DNA of 47,604 nt from Tepidisphaeraceae bacterium (lineage in GTDB: Bacteria; Planctomycetota; Phycisphaerae; Tepidisphaerales; Tepidisphaeraceae): contig JBEKIV010000046.1 in NCBI GenBank assembly GCA_050011595.1, positions 1 through 47,604 of the forward strand, in the 5' to 3' direction. The notes under the pieces were generated by a model. That model saw only the letters and a list, made by a program, of their open reading frames with translations. It was not told the DNA's origin and ran no database searches. A program made the translations under genes and the position numbers. Positions 45,437 to 47,604 of this stretch are shown in pieces (the first letter of the stretch is position 1; each line of letters starts with the position of its first letter).

Positions 45437-46762
45437 TTAGAAACCGATCTGAAGCCGTATTGTCGCAACCAGCGCATTGGGATACGTGCCGCCGGGATTT
45501 ACGATGTACTGCAGGTCGGGCTGGATGAAAGCCCAAGGCGTTAGCTGCCATTGATAGAACGCTTCCAGTGCGATTTCATACGAATGCGACAATCCTGCCT
45601 GTGGGCTGATGTGGGCGTATTGCGGGCTGAAACCGATGATGTCGTCCGCTCGGGCGCCAAACACACCTGTCCAGGTAATCCCACCGCCGAAATGCTGATC
45701 GATGACACTGATGTCGTTCTGCGTGCCGCCGTATTCGAGGAATGTCCGCAAGCCCCGTCCCTTGTCGGGTTCACCGGCGGGTTGCCAAATAGTCTGGTCA
45801 AAGATGCCGTAGTAACCGTAGGTGCCTTCCTGCTGCGATCCGTCGAAGCGCATGAAGGTTCCGGTATCCCCCCAAGCGCCCACCTTGAGGTTGCCGGCAA
45901 GCCCGAGCAAGGGTGTCCCATGCCATTTAATGCCGGTCTCGCCGATGAGAAACGTGCCGAATTCGGCGGGCTGATTTTTCGCGGGATCGTCCACCAAGTC
46001 GCCAAATCGGTCCGAGCGGTTCGCGTAATAGGCGCCCAAGCCCGCGTAATAGGAATCGTTGGGTGTGAAGAAGACATTGACTGACGGCATCGGATCGGGC
46101 GTGGTGGGAAACATGAAGATCGTCGGGCTGACCTGTGTCGAGCTATTGATGAATGGCAGGCCATTGTCGATGACGCTGAATTCGGTGTTGGCATCCACCT
46201 TGCCGACCTTGATGCGAAGTTTGCCGTCAAACAGTTGCTGCTGATACCACATCTCGAAGATCTGGAAATATGGCCGTGTATTTTGCTTATCGAACACCTG
46301 AAGATCGCCTACCAGAGTGCTCGTCGGATTGCCGAACGCGTGGTCTTCCAAATCCACGTAGAACTCGCCGCCAGGCAAGTGCAGCAAACTTTCGGTGTCC
46401 AAGGCAAAGTTCAAATCCAAGGTTGTGGCTCCGACGGCATGAGCGGTGTCGATGCCGCCCTGAAAGTTGTCGAAGCCTTCAGCGATGAGGGTGGCGCCGA
46501 CCGTGATTCCCGCATCCTGCAATTTCTGCCGCTGCCCCCACCAATCGCCGGTCAGGTTGTTCTCAAAGCTCGCGGGGGATGTCGTGGGATTCTGCTGCGT
46601 CGTGCCGACCTCCGGCTGCGTCGCCACATCGGCAAACAGCGGATTGTCATTTTGAGAACCGGAGGTTTCCGCCATCGCCGTGCAAAGCGATGCCCGCGAA
46701 AGAGCCGTCAGAACCGCGGTGCGGCCGAGAACGGCCGCGCATCGACGAATCGCCCTGCCCAT
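45437..46762 (-). CDS. OprB-family (carbohydrate-selective-type) outer-membrane porin
   Basis: 441-aa ORF with a signal peptide ending in AMA. The OprB-type N-terminal signature is LTGDWWGQRQKLQDAGITVGATLIAEGFDNFQGG. It has an alternating beta-strand pattern and a C-terminal ...IRLQIGF with terminal Phe. Confidence 0.75.
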   Translation of the reverse strand: MGRAIRRCAAVLGRTAVLTALSRASLCTAMAETSGSQNDNPLFADVATQPEVGTTQQNPTTSPASFENNLTGDWWGQRQKLQDAGITVGATLIAEGFDNFQGGIDTAHAVGATTLDLNFALDTESLLHLPGGEFYVDLEDHAFGNPTSTLVGDLQVFDKQNTRPYFQIFEMWYQQQLFDGKLRIKVGKVDANTEFSVIDNGLPFINSSTQVSPTIFMFPTTPDPMPSVNVFFTPNDSYYAGLGAYYANRSDRFGDLVDDPAKNQPAEFGTFLIGETGIKWHGTPLLGLAGNLKVGAWGDTGTFMRFDGSQQEGTYGYYGIFDQTIWQPAGEPDKGRGLRTFLEYGGTQNDISVIDQHFGGGITWTGVFGARADDIIGFSPQYAHISPQAGLSHSYEIALEAFYQWQLTPWAFIQPDLQYIVNPGGTYPNALVATIRLQIGF

Positions 46763-46920
46763 AAGCCCTGCTCCCTCAAACCGGAGGTCTTTGATATCGA
46801 AGTTCGTTATAATGGGACGCGGGGGGCGCGGTCAATGTCGTTGCCGCGCAACTGGACTTGGCATTTTGCCTCCGGCGGCTCGCATCGATCGACACGATCA
46901 TCTATAACGAATTGCGCGCT

Positions 46921-47232
46921 ATGGCAGATCAAGACCTCTATTCCGGACTGATTCGCCTGCATGTCCTCCATCATGCCCGTCGGGAGCCGCTCTTCGGGTT
47001 GGGCATGATCAGGGAGTTGCGGCGGCACGGGTATCGAATCGGCCCCGGCACGCTTTACCCCGTGCTACACCGGCTGGAGCAAAAGCGGTATCTTCGCTCG
47101 CATAAGCAGGTCATCGGGGGAAAATTGCGCCGTTGCTACAGCATCACTCCTGCCGGCCGACGCGCCCTGACGCAAGCTAAAGCCAGGGTAAGCGAACTGT
47201 TCGAGGAATTATTCCAGCCCTCCGACGCTTGA
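46921..47232 (+). CDS. PadR-family transcriptional regulator
   Basis: Trimmed to the ATG at 46921. Contains LIRLHVLHHARREPLFGLGMIRELRRHGYRIGPGTLYPVLHRLEQKRYLRS....GGKLRRCYSITPAGRRAL. Confidence 0.85.
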   Translation: MADQDLYSGLIRLHVLHHARREPLFGLGMIRELRRHGYRIGPGTLYPVLHRLEQKRYLRSHKQVIGGKLRRCYSITPAGRRALTQAKARVSELFEELFQPSDA

Positions 47233-47329
47233 CGCAAACCATTGCCGCGACTACTGTATCGAAAGCCGATAACGATGAATGCCTCGCAAGTCACGACGCT
47301 CGCATCGCTATCGATCGGGAGACCGCGCG

Positions 47330-47604
47330 ATGGAAATGTCGTCCAGGGAATTATGGACCGCGCTTCACGGCATGGTGTTCGGGGCTGCGTACCTCCTGGC
47401 ATTCACGGGCGGTTTCATCGCACTGTGGGACTTTCGCCCCGACTGGATTGTCGGCAACGCAGGTAAGATGGCCGCACGGCGTCTTATGGCCTGGACTTGG
47501 GCCATGGCAATTCTTGCTTGGCTCACCGTCCTCGTGGGAACGTACGTGGTGTATCCGTGGTATCGTGCGAATCCCCCGCCGGGAACAATCGGCTCGGCAT
47601 TGAT
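47330..47604 (+). CDS. Partial CDS running off the right edge: hypothetical membrane protein
   Basis: Absent from the ORF track because it has no stop in the window. Hand translation from the ATG at 47330 gives MEMSSRELWTALHGMVFGAAYLLAFTGGFIALWDFRPDWIVGNAGKMAARRLMAWTWAMAILAWLTVLVGTYVVYPWYRANPPPG..., with two clear TM helices. The two listed ORFs in the other frames look like shadows. Confidence 0.45.
   Translation, partial: MEMSSRELWTALHGMVFGAAYLLAFTGGFIALWDFRPDWIVGNAGKMAARRLMAWTWAMAILAWLTVLVGTYVVYPWYRANPPPGTIGSAL

Overview
A 47.6-kb GC-rich segment (roughly 60% GC by eye). Gene content and repeat style look planctomycete-like, but this is inference only, because the window has no rRNA or tRNA marker. 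I support about 40 protein genes. Most are housekeeping:
- a partial AsnC-fold/siroheme-decarboxylase-like gene at the left edge
- two tandem GT-C/TPR membrane glycosyltransferases and a third GT39-like enzyme
- uvrD/pcrA, pabB, NIF3, a HAD hydrolase, an SDR epimerase, yggS
- a dense nitrogen block (glnN GSIII, a glnE-like adenylyltransferase, two divergent glnA paralogs)
- lgt, motA/motB, clpS, an FHA protein, rpsD
- a three-gene two-component cluster (HTH-REC, HDOD histidine kinase, REC plus an unknown domain)
- pstB-phoU
- a minus-strand cluster (OprB-like porin, acidic secreted protein, His/Arg-rich secreted peptide, cupin) divergent from padR.

The unusual part is the non-coding and accessory layer:
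- an IS200-like RAYT transposase bracketed by its own REP hairpins, with an orphan REP 15 kb away
- a 125-bp MITE present twice, the second copy carrying a nested 145-bp MITE with a 9-bp target-site duplication, so the first copy serves as the empty site
- at least four further families of long palindromes built from short tandem motifs, including an 18-bp perfect inverted repeat inside the pabB reading frame
- a candidate structured sRNA with its own intrinsic terminator
- a frameshifted gene
- a DUF433/DUF5615 toxin-antitoxin-like pair.

I saw no rRNA, tRNA or CRISPR array. Many long ORFs in the supplied track are Arg/Gly/Pro-rich antisense shadows typical of high-GC DNA, and I rejected them.
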